DNA of 21,340 nucleotides from Microcoleaceae cyanobacterium (GCA_051652765.1 JBOFUV010000078.1:1-21340); one strand, 5' to 3'; counted from the first letter of the stretch, positions 8,888-18,841 are shown. A program made the numbers and translations. Notes: a model not told the origin generated them from the letters alone.

Positions 8888-10846
8888 GTGCACTGGATGA
8901 AATCAAAATCGATTCGGCTGTGGAAACTGCTCCACTCAATTCAAGCTTCAAAGTTTGGGTGGTTACTGCCTTTGCTGTGGATTAGCTGGCTCAGTGGTAT
9001 TGCATTGTTTTTGCAATTAGGTAGCACCGGGTTACTAGACGAGACCGAACCTCTGTTTGCAGAAGCAGCCCGTCAGATGCTAGTCACAGGAGATTGGATT
9101 ACGCCCTATTACAATGAGGTCACTCGATTTGATAAGCCTCCATTGATTTATTGGCTCATGGTAATTTCTTACCAGATTTTTGGGGTTAATACTTGGGGCG
9201 TGAGGCTACCCTCTGCGATCGCTGCCTTTGGATTAACTTGTTTAGGCTTTTATACGCTGTGGTATTACGTTCAAACCCAGCTTCAAGCTCAACAAAAAGC
9301 CACTGCAATTCTGACTGCTGATCAAACAAGTGATTTGCAAAATCATCAACACGATCACGCCAACAAAAATCACCTTTTTCATCCGTTACCTTGGATCGGT
9401 TCAGCCTTGATTGCGTTAAATCCACAAATGATTGCCTGGGGAAGAGTTGGTGTTTCAGATATGCTATTGGTGAGCTGTATTGGGATTGCATTGCTTGCAT
9501 TTTTTTTGGGCTATTTAAGCTTTGAAAACAGTTTAGGATCTGATTTCCTTGAAATTGCTATACTTGACAAAAATACAAAGATCCAGACTTCAAGTCTTTG
9601 GTATTTAATCTTTCATCTCTTTATTGCTCTAGCAATTTTAACAAAAGGGCCTGTTGGATTTGTTCTACCTATGTTAGTGACTGGAACTTTTACCCTTTAT
9701 ATGGGCAACTTTCATCAGGTCTGGCGAGAAGTTCGGCCAGTTCAAGGACTAGGATTGATTTTAATTATTACTTTGCCTTGGTACATTTTGGTAACCCTTG
9801 CTAATGGCACGGCATTTCTAAATACATTCTTTGGGTATCACAATTTCCAACGCTTTACTCAGGTTGTCAATCATCACAGTGCACCTTGGTATTTCTATTT
9901 TATTGTTGTTCTACTAGGCTGCTTACCCAATTCAACTTATCTACCGATCTCTCTATTTCAGATCCGGTTTTGGCAACGTCAATCCTGGCAATATCAACCT
10001 CGCTGGCATCACCTAAAAATATTTGCTTTTATTTGGTTTCTTTGTATCTTTGTTTTTTTTACGATTTCTGTTACGAAGCTACCCAGTTATGTGCTTCCGC
10101 TGATGCCAGCTTGCGCCATTTTAATTGCATTATTTTGGAGTGAGATGATGCTTGAACCCGAAGCAATTTTGGGAAATAGTTCGTCTTCTAATACAGTATT
10201 CATGCGCCTTTTTTTTAAAGGATCTTTACTGTTAAATATTGTCTTTCTGTTAGTGCTGGCCTTTGCCAGTTTTAATACAGTGAATTGGTTGGCCTATGAT
10301 CCAGACATGCCTGCTTTTCCTCAACGGTTGCAAGAGTCTGGATTTTTATTCAGGGCTAGTTTGACTTGGTTACTCACGGCTGTCACAGTTGCCGTATTGC
10401 TCTGGCGGCAGCAAATTTCCTGGATTTTACCCATAAATCTTTTAGGATTTGTGATCTGTTTTATCGTTGCTGTTGTGCCAATTTTTAATCTGCTTGATCA
10501 GCAAAGACAAGCTCCTTTGCGAGAAATTGCCCAAGCAGTTATACAACAAAAAATATCAAATGAACCGCTCGTCGCAGTTGGGTTCATTAAGCCTAGTTTA
10601 GTTTTTTACACCAAGAATCCTGTGCAATATTACGAATACTCCACGGATGCGATCGCTGCCTTCAGTTCTCCTAGTTTTCAGTCTTCAAGTCAGGATACAA
10701 GTTCTGAAACATTTTTACTAGTTGCCTATCCTAGGGAATTTCAAAACTTAGGTTTACAGCCTGAACAATATCAGATTCTTGATCAAGCCTCTGTTTATCA
10801 ACTGGTTCGGGTTCCTCGAAAGGCATTCTCAAAGAGATCTTTTTGA
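8888..10846 (+). CDS. ArnT/PMT-like polytopic membrane glycosyltransferase (GT-C fold; GT83/GT39-like)
   Basis: DETEPLFAEAARQM..TGDWITP, RFDKPPLIYW, RLPSA, DMLL, LTKGPVG and TKLPSYVLP motifs; many TM segments. Confidence 0.9.
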   Translation: MHWMKSKSIRLWKLLHSIQASKFGWLLPLLWISWLSGIALFLQLGSTGLLDETEPLFAEAARQMLVTGDWITPYYNEVTRFDKPPLIYWLMVISYQIFGVNTWGVRLPSAIAAFGLTCLGFYTLWYYVQTQLQAQQKATAILTADQTSDLQNHQHDHANKNHLFHPLPWIGSALIALNPQMIAWGRVGVSDMLLVSCIGIALLAFFLGYLSFENSLGSDFLEIAILDKNTKIQTSSLWYLIFHLFIALAILTKGPVGFVLPMLVTGTFTLYMGNFHQVWREVRPVQGLGLILIITLPWYILVTLANGTAFLNTFFGYHNFQRFTQVVNHHSAPWYFYFIVVLLGCLPNSTYLPISLFQIRFWQRQSWQYQPRWHHLKIFAFIWFLCIFVFFTISVTKLPSYVLPLMPACAILIALFWSEMMLEPEAILGNSSSSNTVFMRLFFKGSLLLNIVFLLVLAFASFNTVNWLAYDPDMPAFPQRLQESGFLFRASLTWLLTAVTVAVLLWRQQISWILPINLLGFVICFIVAVVPIFNLLDQQRQAPLREIAQAVIQQKISNEPLVAVGFIKPSLVFYTKNPVQYYEYSTDAIAAFSSPSFQSSSQDTSSETFLLVAYPREFQNLGLQPEQYQILDQASVYQLVRVPRKAFSKRSF

Positions 10847-10871
10847 GAGATCTTTGAGAAGGTGCTTTTTT
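10823..10871 (+). terminator. Putative intrinsic terminator overlapping the end of the ArnT-like gene
   Basis: TTCTCAAAGA (10826-10835) pairs with TCTTTGAGAA (10851-10860), extendable by GCA/TGC with a bulge, and is followed by a T-run at 10866-10871. Confidence 0.5.
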
Positions 10872-10888
10872 ATTAGAGTCACCAAGGT

Positions 10889-10922
10889 TAAAGATGAGCG
10901 ATGGCAGCACAGCCCATCTTTA
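10889..10922. terminator. Second hairpin in the convergent intergenic region
   Basis: TAAAGATGAGC (10889-10899) vs GCCCATCTTTA (10912-10922). The single mismatch becomes a G-U pair on the minus-strand transcript. Confidence 0.35.
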
Positions 10923-10949
10923 TTTTAAAATCTACGATGGGATTGGGTA

Positions 10950-12434
10950 TTAACCAGGTTTAACTCTAGAAAATAACTCATTCCAGTCTCCAGAAACCTG
11001 TTCATTCTGGGTAGATTTGACCTCAAAGGTAATATTACAAGCCTGAGGGCAACTTAGGGCTTGAATACAGAGTTCCGCGATGTCCTCCCGGCTGACTTTT
11101 CCTTTAATTGTATCTCCCTGAGCCACGATCAACTCCTCTCCACCCGGTTCTTCAGTTAAGGCACAAGGCCGAACAATCGTATAAGGAATACCACTGAAAC
11201 GAACTGCTTCTTCTCCTCGTAATTTCCAGGTTAAGATCCTTCCCAATTGATCATTCAAACGAACTGCGGGCGGCTCTTCATCTAAGTTTAATCCCGGTTT
11301 TCCAGGGCGAGTTACGCCTGCTGAACTAACCATTACAAACCGAGAGAAACATTCTCTTCCATAAGCTTTGATCGATTCTAATTCTACCTGAAAGGTTCCG
11401 GGTGAAAATTTTGGGTTGAGAGCACCATCGTATTCAAACTTACTCAACATTAGCTGAATAGAATACACTCGACTAGGATCAAAGGGTTGCCCACCTTGAA
11501 CAGTTTTTGCACGAAATAGGGGAATAACCTGATCAAATGGAACCCGAATATTTATGGGAATATTGTAAAGGGTATCGAAAGAATAGCTGTAAGCAATGCT
11601 ATCCCATTTATCATCGCTACGAAGGATAAATTTATATCGTTTTCCATCTCCCTTCACCCGCAAATCAATACCTGAATAGGCTGACAAATCAAGGGGAGGG
11701 TCGAAGTTTTTTGTGCGAATAGATGCAAATCCCCCAGAATTTTCGGTGGAAACATTGCCCATAAAAAATGTTGTATTACTGATGATTTGAATTGAACTTT
11801 CACTGACTCCTCCCATCACAACATCATCTAATGCACCCCAAAGTTCTTTGAGGTTTTGAGAGGGTTTTGTAAAGTCAAAAATTACTTTCTCACCTCTATT
11901 TTTTAAATACGCTGGAGCAGCATTGACTAAATTTTGTAAGCCTTTATATTCAACAATTTCTGGAACGTCTACCACTTCAGGCATATAGAATTTAACGCCC
12001 TGATAATACTTTTCACGGGTGGGTGTGTCTCCTTCCACAGGCTGCACTCTGGTTCCGGTACAACAAATAATTGCAGCCACGTTCTGCATAACTTGCGGGG
12101 TTAAGGTTTCGGCAATGGTAATGTCCCCTTCCACAAACTCAAGGGCATTTCCTCCTGAGTTACCCAATAAGGCACGGGCCCGCTTTGTATCTCGAACAAG
12201 CGCTCGCACCTTGATTCCCTTTTGGCGCAGTCGTTGGACAACCCGCTTGCCCACGCCCCCCGTTGCTCCAGCCACTAAAATTACATTGGGTTCGGTTGAG
12301 ATCAAGGCTTGGCTCTTCTTGCTAAATCGTTGCTGCAACCATCCCACACTTCCAATAAACGGGACAATGCCAAAATAAACCAGCGTCTTGACAAATCGTC
12401 CCACATCCCATTTTTTCCTTTGAATGTCTCCCAT
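10950..12434 (-). CDS. NAD(P)-binding SDR/NmrA-like protein with an inserted CIA30 domain
   Basis: Rossmann motif VAGATGGVG; CIA30 insert (WGALDDVVMGGVSES, NSGGFASIR, KGDGKRYK, LMLSKFEYDG); SDR C-terminal half (VSSAGVTR, WKLRGEEAVR, YTIVRP, VSREDIA). Confidence 0.9.
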   Translation of the reverse strand: MGDIQRKKWDVGRFVKTLVYFGIVPFIGSVGWLQQRFSKKSQALISTEPNVILVAGATGGVGKRVVQRLRQKGIKVRALVRDTKRARALLGNSGGNALEFVEGDITIAETLTPQVMQNVAAIICCTGTRVQPVEGDTPTREKYYQGVKFYMPEVVDVPEIVEYKGLQNLVNAAPAYLKNRGEKVIFDFTKPSQNLKELWGALDDVVMGGVSESSIQIISNTTFFMGNVSTENSGGFASIRTKNFDPPLDLSAYSGIDLRVKGDGKRYKFILRSDDKWDSIAYSYSFDTLYNIPINIRVPFDQVIPLFRAKTVQGGQPFDPSRVYSIQLMLSKFEYDGALNPKFSPGTFQVELESIKAYGRECFSRFVMVSSAGVTRPGKPGLNLDEEPPAVRLNDQLGRILTWKLRGEEAVRFSGIPYTIVRPCALTEEPGGEELIVAQGDTIKGKVSREDIAELCIQALSCPQACNITFEVKSTQNEQVSGDWNELFSRVKPG

Positions 12435-12826
12435 GGCCTTATCCTCAGAATTCTATTCAGCTCACATCTACCATATTAAGATATGTTACAAGCTTACTTG
12501 CTATCTTACAGCAGATGAATCTGAGGTCTAAAGTTAATCTTGATTTTAAGCGGCTAAAACCAGCATTTAGAGTTAACTAATGAGTCATAATTTCTAAATG
12601 CCATAAATGTATTATACAACTCATAATTGTTTTTTACGGAAATCTTTTCCTGTGGACTAGAAAATGAAAGTATCAAACAAAACTAGCGAGAAAGGGGTAA
12701 ATTTCAATTCACTTACAGTTTAGAAACTTTACGACAGTATTAGGGAATATCTCAATATATTATTCAGGCAAACTGTCCTAATACAAGTTTGCTAGAAATC
12801 CATCATCAAACGTTAGTTGACTATAT

Positions 12827-13747
12827 CTAGGAGCACTTTTTGAGAAATTCTTTGAATGTTTCCCAGTCAGGTAATGAGGGCTGTGCTCCCGATTTTGTAG
12901 TTGCTAATGCTCCAGCGGCAGCACCCCAAATCATCGACTCTTGTATGGGCAAACCTCGATCAAGGGCAGCAGCCATTGCTCCATTAAATGCATCTCCAGC
13001 CGCGACTGTATCGACAACCTTAACTTTAAACGGTTCAATCCAGACTTTTTCAGATTGATTCATGTAAAAAACACCTCGACTTCCTAGCTTGATGACAACG
13101 GTCTTGACTCCTTTTTCAATCAATATTTGTCCAGCTTTTTCCCACGCTTGCTCATCTATCATTTCAAAGCCAACTAGGCGATGAGCTTCTGTCTCATTCG
13201 GAGTAATAATATCAATTAAAGAATAAAGTTCCTCAGGAAATAATTCTGGAGCTGGCGCTGGATCAAGTACAACTATTATGCCAGCTTGATGAGCTATTTC
13301 AGCAGCTGTAATAATTGTTGCCATTGGAATTTCTAACTGTAATAATACAGTGCTGACATCAGGCAAAATATTAATTAGTTGCTGAACTTCAAGAGAACCT
13401 ACTTGGCCATTTGCTCCAGGAATCACAATAATTGTATTTTCCCCGGTATGACTGACGGTAATTAATGCAACTCCAGAACTAGTTTGAGGGCTAATTGTAA
13501 CGCTATCAATTTGAACATTAGACTTCGTTAAACTTACTAGTAACTCTTGACCCAATTGATCATCTCCAACCCGTCCTATCATATAAGTCTTGGTTTTTAA
13601 ACGAGCAGCAGCAACAGCTTGATTAGCACCTTTACCACCTGGAACGATGAAGAAGTGATGCCCCTGTAGTGTTTCTCCCGGCAGAGGTAATCGAGCAGTC
13701 TGAGTTATCAAATCCATATTAATACTACCAAAAACAATTAAACTCAT
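12827..13747 (-). CDS. rbsK: Ribokinase (PfkB family)
   Basis: FGSINMDL, PGGKGANQAVAAARL, GENTI, PGAN, LLQLEIP, TPNETE and DTVAAGDAFNG. Start refined to ATG 13747 (MSLIVFGS). Confidence 0.93.
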   Translation of the reverse strand: MSLIVFGSINMDLITQTARLPLPGETLQGHHFFIVPGGKGANQAVAAARLKTKTYMIGRVGDDQLGQELLVSLTKSNVQIDSVTISPQTSSGVALITVSHTGENTIIVIPGANGQVGSLEVQQLINILPDVSTVLLQLEIPMATIITAAEIAHQAGIIVVLDPAPAPELFPEELYSLIDIITPNETEAHRLVGFEMIDEQAWEKAGQILIEKGVKTVVIKLGSRGVFYMNQSEKVWIEPFKVKVVDTVAAGDAFNGAMAAALDRGLPIQESMIWGAAAGALATTKSGAQPSLPDWETFKEFLKKCS

Positions 13748-13847
13748 AATGATTTTTAAAGTTAAGTCTGAGCCAAAAATCCACATTTGATCTGTATTTT
13801 AGTCTTAGAGTAATCTTAAAAGTGATAAACTAAGAAAGGTTAAGAAA

Positions 13848-14411
13848 ATGCAAGATTACAAAATTATTATGCGAGCTTATCTAGCAGGCCCTGATGTTTT
13901 TTTGCCTGATCCAGAAAAAACTGCACATGCAAAACAAGAAATCTGTCAAAGATATGGGTTTGTTGGACTATTTCCTCTCGATCAAACCCTCAACATAGAA
14001 AAGTTAAATCCTCGAGATGCAGGTCTGGCAATTTATCGTAGTAATATTCAGTTAATGAATAGTTGTAGCTTGATTATTGCAAATATGACTCCGTTTCGCA
14101 GTCCTAGTTTAGATGTAGGAACAGCATTTGAAATTGGGTATATGACTGCTCAAGGTAAGCCAATATTTTGCTACAGTAACGATGACCGTCTTTACACTGA
14201 ACGGGTGATTGCTCAAGGCGCTTCAACCCTAGATCAAGTTGGAATGTTTATTGAGCAGTTTGAAATGATTGATAATCTGATGTTAGAGAGTGCCACGGTT
14301 GAAAGTGGAGGGGCAATTGCCTATGAATCTGTTGAACCTGAAGTATATTATACTGAACTTAGGGTATTTAAAAAAGTCGTAGAAATTGCAGCGCAAAAAC
14401 TTCTGGTTTAA
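13848..14411 (+). CDS. Nucleoside 2'-deoxyribosyltransferase family protein
   Basis: YLAGPDVF, IANMTPFRSPSLDVGTAFEIGY (catalytic Glu), GKP and NLML. An alternative start is ATG 13869 (MRAYLAGP). Confidence 0.88.
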   Translation: MQDYKIIMRAYLAGPDVFLPDPEKTAHAKQEICQRYGFVGLFPLDQTLNIEKLNPRDAGLAIYRSNIQLMNSCSLIIANMTPFRSPSLDVGTAFEIGYMTAQGKPIFCYSNDDRLYTERVIAQGASTLDQVGMFIEQFEMIDNLMLESATVESGGAIAYESVEPEVYYTELRVFKKVVEIAAQKLLV

Positions 14412-14424
14412 ATGATTTTTTAAT

Positions 14425-15399
14425 ATGATAAAAATTCTTCTAGATACTGATCCAGGTGGAGATGATGCCTTTGCATTCTTATGGCTTGCAAGTTTAGTAA
14501 AACAAGGATTTGCAGAGTTAATTGCAGTAACTTCAACAGAAGGGAATGTTTCTGCCGATCTAACATTTAGTAATGCATGTAAACTACTCCAACTGATAGG
14601 CTTAGATCAAGTTGAAGTTGGTCGCGGAATACCAAAACCAGAACAACTTCATAAGAATGCAACACATATTCATGGTGATGATGGCTTAGGGAATCTAGCT
14701 TGCACCTTACTAGAACCTCATCAATTCTATGTAAAAGCTAGATTTTCAGATGAAATCCTAATAGAAATGCTGACTAAATATCCTGGAGAAATTACGATTG
14801 TTGCACTCGGGCCACTGACAAATTTAGCTGCTGCAGTCATGAAAAATCCAGGAATTCTTAATTTAGCTAAAGAAATTGTGTTGATGGGAGGAGCGTTTCA
14901 GGTTCCGGGGAATGTGACCCCAGAAGCTGAATTTAATATTGCTTATAATCCCAAAGCCGCTGCAACAATTTTTGATCATTGCAACAGTTTGGTTGTATTA
15001 CCTTTGGATGTGACACGATCATTGATTTTTACTACAGATATGGCGTATGAACTCTATCAAAGTTATCCAAACCATAAAATTACTCGGTTTATTAAAGAAC
15101 TGTGTAATTCAATGACAAAAGCAGCTCTTGCTCATCGAGAAACTCAAGGAAATAAAGGGTTTCTGATTCACGATGCCGTTACTTTAGCATATTTATTTTA
15201 TCCAGAGACTTTACAGTTTTATCGAGCTAGAACTCATATCGAGGTCTCGGGTAATTTTACTCGTGGAAAAACGCTATTTGACCATCGACATAAGCCAAAG
15301 TTTTCCGCAAATTCATGGGTTGCATCATCCATAGACTCTGTTAATTTATTAACTTGTTTAGTAGAAGACTTAAAACTTTTAGTTTCAGAGGGTGTGTGA
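14425..15399 (+). CDS. Nucleoside hydrolase (inosine-uridine-preferring family)
   Basis: Ca-binding DTDPGGDD, EGNV, IHGDDGLG, LGPLTNLA, MGG, GNVTPEAEFNI, PLDVT and IHDA. Starts 13 nt after the NDT stop, so probably co-transcribed. Confidence 0.93.
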   Translation: MIKILLDTDPGGDDAFAFLWLASLVKQGFAELIAVTSTEGNVSADLTFSNACKLLQLIGLDQVEVGRGIPKPEQLHKNATHIHGDDGLGNLACTLLEPHQFYVKARFSDEILIEMLTKYPGEITIVALGPLTNLAAAVMKNPGILNLAKEIVLMGGAFQVPGNVTPEAEFNIAYNPKAAATIFDHCNSLVVLPLDVTRSLIFTTDMAYELYQSYPNHKITRFIKELCNSMTKAALAHRETQGNKGFLIHDAVTLAYLFYPETLQFYRARTHIEVSGNFTRGKTLFDHRHKPKFSANSWVASSIDSVNLLTCLVEDLKLLVSEGV

Positions 15400-15531
15400 A
15401 AGGTTGGAGTTGCTACCCAACAAATTGGGCAGTACCGCTTAAAATCTCCCTATTTTTGCTGTGGGTCTGGTTTGCTGATGCTGATCGAGACCCTTTACAA
15501 GTGAGTTTTTTTAATGACCTCTCAAGTTAAA

Positions 15532-16740
15532 TTACAGCAAGAATCCTGCTGTAGAAGCTACAATTAAGTTTGCTAAAACTCCGCCAACCATAGCGCGAAT
15601 CCCAAGTTCAGCAATTTCGCCTCGGCGTTCAGGGGCAATTCCACTTAACCCACCAATTTGAATTCCAATGGAACCAATGTTGGCAAAGCTACAGAGTGCA
15701 AATGTGACAATTCGGGTTGCCCGTTCAGAAATCGCATTGTTCTTAACAAGTTCTACTAAATCAATATAAGCAATAAATTCATTTAAGACTATTTTCTTGC
15801 CTAGTAAGGCAGCAACTTGACTGGCATCTGAGATTGGAATACCCATCAGGATAGCAACTGGATATAAGAGCATTCCTAGAATAGAGTCCAAAGAAAGCTG
15901 GGGAAACCCAAACCAGCTTCCAAACCAACCTAAAATACTATTTAATAAAGCAATTAAAGCGATAAATGCAATCATAAGTGCTGAAATATTAATTGCTAGT
16001 TTTGCTCCCTCAATTGCTCCTCCTGCAGCTGCATCAATGACATTAACTGCAGTTTTTTCAATCTCAAGTTCTAGCTTTCCTGCTGTTTCAGGTTTCTCAG
16101 TTTCGGGATAGAGTAGTTTAGAAACTCCTAAAGCGCAGGGAGCAGCCATTACTGAAGCAGTAATTAAATCTTGGGCAGAGATTCCAAAAGAAATATAAGC
16201 AGCTAAAACTCCCCCTGCAACAGTTGCAAATCCCCCCGTCATGATAGTATTTAACTCCGACTTCGTCATTGTTGAAATAAAGGGTTTGACTAACAAAGGA
16301 GCCTCAGTCATTCCAACAAAAACATTGGCAGCATTAGATAAAGATTCCGCCCCTGAAGTCCGAGCTGTTTTCAACATTATCCAAGCAGCAATTTTGACAA
16401 TTTGTTGTAGGATTCCAAGATAGTATAAGATCGAAATAAAGGAAGAGAAGAAAACAATTGTTGGTAAAACCTTAAAGGCAAAAGGGTGTTGATCATAACT
16501 TTCCCCAAAAACAAATTTTGATCCTTCTACTGTGAAATCTAAAAATCGTGTAATGATTTGTCCTATGGCATCAAAGACTAAATAAGCTCCTGGTATTTTT
16601 AGAACAAAGATGGCAATGATGAACTGTAATGCGAATCCCCAGAGAACAGGTCGCCATCTAATCGAACTCCGACTAGATGACATTAAATATCCAATCGCAA
16701 TAAAAGTTAATATCCCCAGTAAGGAAACAAGGCGCTCCAT
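15532..16740 (-). CDS. nupC: Concentrative nucleoside transporter (CNT / NupC family)
   Basis: FAFKVLPTIVFFS, ANVFVGMTEAPL, MTGGFATVAGG, MAAP, LNEFIAY and FALCSFANIGSIGI; hydrophobic, 402 aa. Confidence 0.93.
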   Translation of the reverse strand: MERLVSLLGILTFIAIGYLMSSSRSSIRWRPVLWGFALQFIIAIFVLKIPGAYLVFDAIGQIITRFLDFTVEGSKFVFGESYDQHPFAFKVLPTIVFFSSFISILYYLGILQQIVKIAAWIMLKTARTSGAESLSNAANVFVGMTEAPLLVKPFISTMTKSELNTIMTGGFATVAGGVLAAYISFGISAQDLITASVMAAPCALGVSKLLYPETEKPETAGKLELEIEKTAVNVIDAAAGGAIEGAKLAINISALMIAFIALIALLNSILGWFGSWFGFPQLSLDSILGMLLYPVAILMGIPISDASQVAALLGKKIVLNEFIAYIDLVELVKNNAISERATRIVTFALCSFANIGSIGIQIGGLSGIAPERRGEIAELGIRAMVGGVLANLIVASTAGFLL

Positions 16741-17120
16741 AAATGAATTCCTGAATTAACTTTGAGTCCAACAGGTTAAATTGTAGAGCCTTAGTCTTGA
16801 AACTCAACCCTAAAACGGTAAGATAATCAATAAGAATTAATATACTGGCGATCAATATCAGGAGATGGAAGATTGAAGAGATATGTAGGTTGAGATGTTC
16901 AGGCACAAAACCCAATGCTGGCAAGGGTTATAATATTACAGTCTTGTTCTGCAAACAATCACAGATCCTAAAATCCACTAGCTGATCAAGCCTAAATCAG
17001 TGATGAAGAAATCAAAGCAGGTTTAGCGACAAAGCCCTTAAACAAATGTCTCTACTTTTTGCTTTACTAACGTGTTTAAGCTCTTAGGTTATTTTAATTG
17101 GTTATCTTAAAACTTATTTG

Positions 17121-18473
17121 ATGTCTAAATCTGCTACTATTCATGGTTTTCGAAGTTCATTTTTAGATTTTATTGATGATCCTTTTTATTGTCAGGAATC
17201 AGACTGTACTCGGTATTTTCCTGATGGCTTACTAGTGATTGAGAATGGCAAGGTTAAAGACTTTGGAAATTACCAAGTTTTACAAAGAAAATATCCTGAT
17301 TTAGCCATCATATCTTATTCTGATAAACTAATTGTTCCAGGGTTTATTGATCTGCATGTTCACTATCCCCAAACAGAAATGATTGCCGCCTATGGCGAAC
17401 AACTCTTGGAGTGGTTGAATAAGTATACTTTTCCCACAGAAGCCAGGTTTAAGGATCAAGATTATGCGCGAACAATGGCTTGTTTTTTTCTAGATGAACT
17501 CCTGCGGAATGGAACAACAACTGCGTTAGTTCTAGCGACTGTTTTTCCTGAATCAGTTGATGCTTTTTTTGAAGAAGCTAGTCGTCGTAATCTGAGGATG
17601 ATTTCGGGAAAAGTGATGATGAATCGGAATGCACCTGAACCATTATTGGAGACTACTGGAGCATCTTATGAACAAAGCTATCAACTCATTCAAAAATGGC
17701 ATGGGAAAAATCGACTTTCCTATGCTGTAACTCCCCGGTTTGCGATCACATCCACCTCCGAACAACTTTCACTAGCAGGAAGACTATTGCGGGAGTTTCC
17801 AGATGTTTATCTTCATACTCATCTGTCTGAGAATCTAAAAGAACTTGAACTTACCCTTGAACTTTTTCCAAAGAGTGCAGATTACCTAAATGTTTATGAG
17901 CAGTTTGATTTAGTGACTCAACGATCTGTTTTTGCCCATGGAATTCATCTTTCAGAATCCGAGTTTCAACGATTATCAAAGGCGGAAGCAATGATTGCAT
18001 TTTGCCCTACGTCAAATTTATTTTTAGGCAGTGGTTTGTTTAAACTTCATACTGCAAAATCTTGGCAAACTCCGATTAAAATAGGTTTAGGAACAGACAT
18101 TGGTGCAGGGACGAGTTTCTCTCTGCTACAAACTGCAAGTGAGGCATATAAAATCGGTCATTTACAGGGAAATCCATTCTCTGGTTTGCAGGGATTGTTT
18201 CTGGCCACCTTGGGAGGAGCGAGAGCCCTCTCACTTGATCATCAAATTGGTAATTTTGAGGTTGGGAAAGAGGCAGATTTTGTGGTTCTAGATTGGCAGT
18301 CTACTCCCCTTTTATCCCTGAGAACTCAGAATGCTGCAGGTGCAAAAACAGTTGAAGAAATCGCTGACCAGATCTTTACCCTAATGATGCTAGGAGATGA
18401 TCGCGCAACTCACGCGACTTATGTCATGGGAAACTTGATGTATCCAGCTTCAGGTAACGAAACAAGACTCTAG
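17121..18473 (+). CDS. guaD: Guanine deaminase (amidohydrolase family)
   Basis: PGFIDLHVHYPQ, LLEWL..YTFP.E, NGTTT, VTPRFA, HTHLSEN, FAHG, CPTSNLFLGSG, GTDIGAG, ATLGGA and LGDDR. Confidence 0.95.
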   Translation: MSKSATIHGFRSSFLDFIDDPFYCQESDCTRYFPDGLLVIENGKVKDFGNYQVLQRKYPDLAIISYSDKLIVPGFIDLHVHYPQTEMIAAYGEQLLEWLNKYTFPTEARFKDQDYARTMACFFLDELLRNGTTTALVLATVFPESVDAFFEEASRRNLRMISGKVMMNRNAPEPLLETTGASYEQSYQLIQKWHGKNRLSYAVTPRFAITSTSEQLSLAGRLLREFPDVYLHTHLSENLKELELTLELFPKSADYLNVYEQFDLVTQRSVFAHGIHLSESEFQRLSKAEAMIAFCPTSNLFLGSGLFKLHTAKSWQTPIKIGLGTDIGAGTSFSLLQTASEAYKIGHLQGNPFSGLQGLFLATLGGARALSLDHQIGNFEVGKEADFVVLDWQSTPLLSLRTQNAAGAKTVEEIADQIFTLMMLGDDRATHATYVMGNLMYPASGNETRL

Positions 18474-18771
18474 CTTCACCCCTGAAATCTATCCCAGAAA
18501 TTTGACGAACAGGACAGATTTAGCAATAATACTGGTACTACGAAGGCTAAAGTGCCGCGTATTGCATCTAGGGTGCTGGTTTTGTTTTTATAGTTTGTCT
18601 CTGCAAATTTGTTTTTGTGGGTTTGTTTCTGTAAAACGCGCAATAGCCTAAAGACAATCGATTGAGGGCTGCATCAGACTGTCAGTTTTAGATGGGGGTA
18701 TCTTTGGAGAAACCTTCTAGGAGGGCAGTTGTAGTCATTGTATAGGTTTTTTGCTTTATAGCTCTTCAAAG

Positions 18772-18801
18772 TTTAACCCGAGCTGAACCTGAAGTTAACT
18801 T
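18772..18801 (+). promoter_or_regulatory. Putative SphR (PhoB) Pho box upstream of the CRP-family regulator
   Basis: TTTAACCC-gag-CTGAACCT-gaa-GTTAACTT: three 8-mers at 11-bp period resembling the cyanobacterial Pho consensus PyTTAAPyPy(T/A). A TATAGT -10-like hexamer lies at 18815-18820. Confidence 0.7.
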
Positions 18802-18841
18802 TGATAGCTCAAAATATAGTTAAGAGTTTTATGGCTTTATT

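Noticed and set aside
13748..13847. Pho half-sites in the rbsK/NDT spacer (minus-strand CTTAACCT 13837-13844 and CTTAACTT 13759-13766)
   Set aside because: The half-sites are isolated, 78 bp apart, lack the 11-bp tandem arrangement and lie in AT-rich DNA.
16673..16924. 83-aa hydrophobic ORF overlapping the nupC start (possible uORF or frameshifted extension)
   Set aside because: NupC appears complete from MERLVSLLG. The ORF has a TTG start, and hydrophobicity is expected from T-rich DNA.
16741..17120. Purine riboswitch, NtcA site or Pho box in the nupC/guaD divergent spacer
   Set aside because: No purine riboswitch core recognised and no GTA-N8-TAC. There is only one isolated TTTAACCT (minus strand, 16773-16780) with no partner at 11-bp spacing. 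An Rfam scan would settle the riboswitch question.
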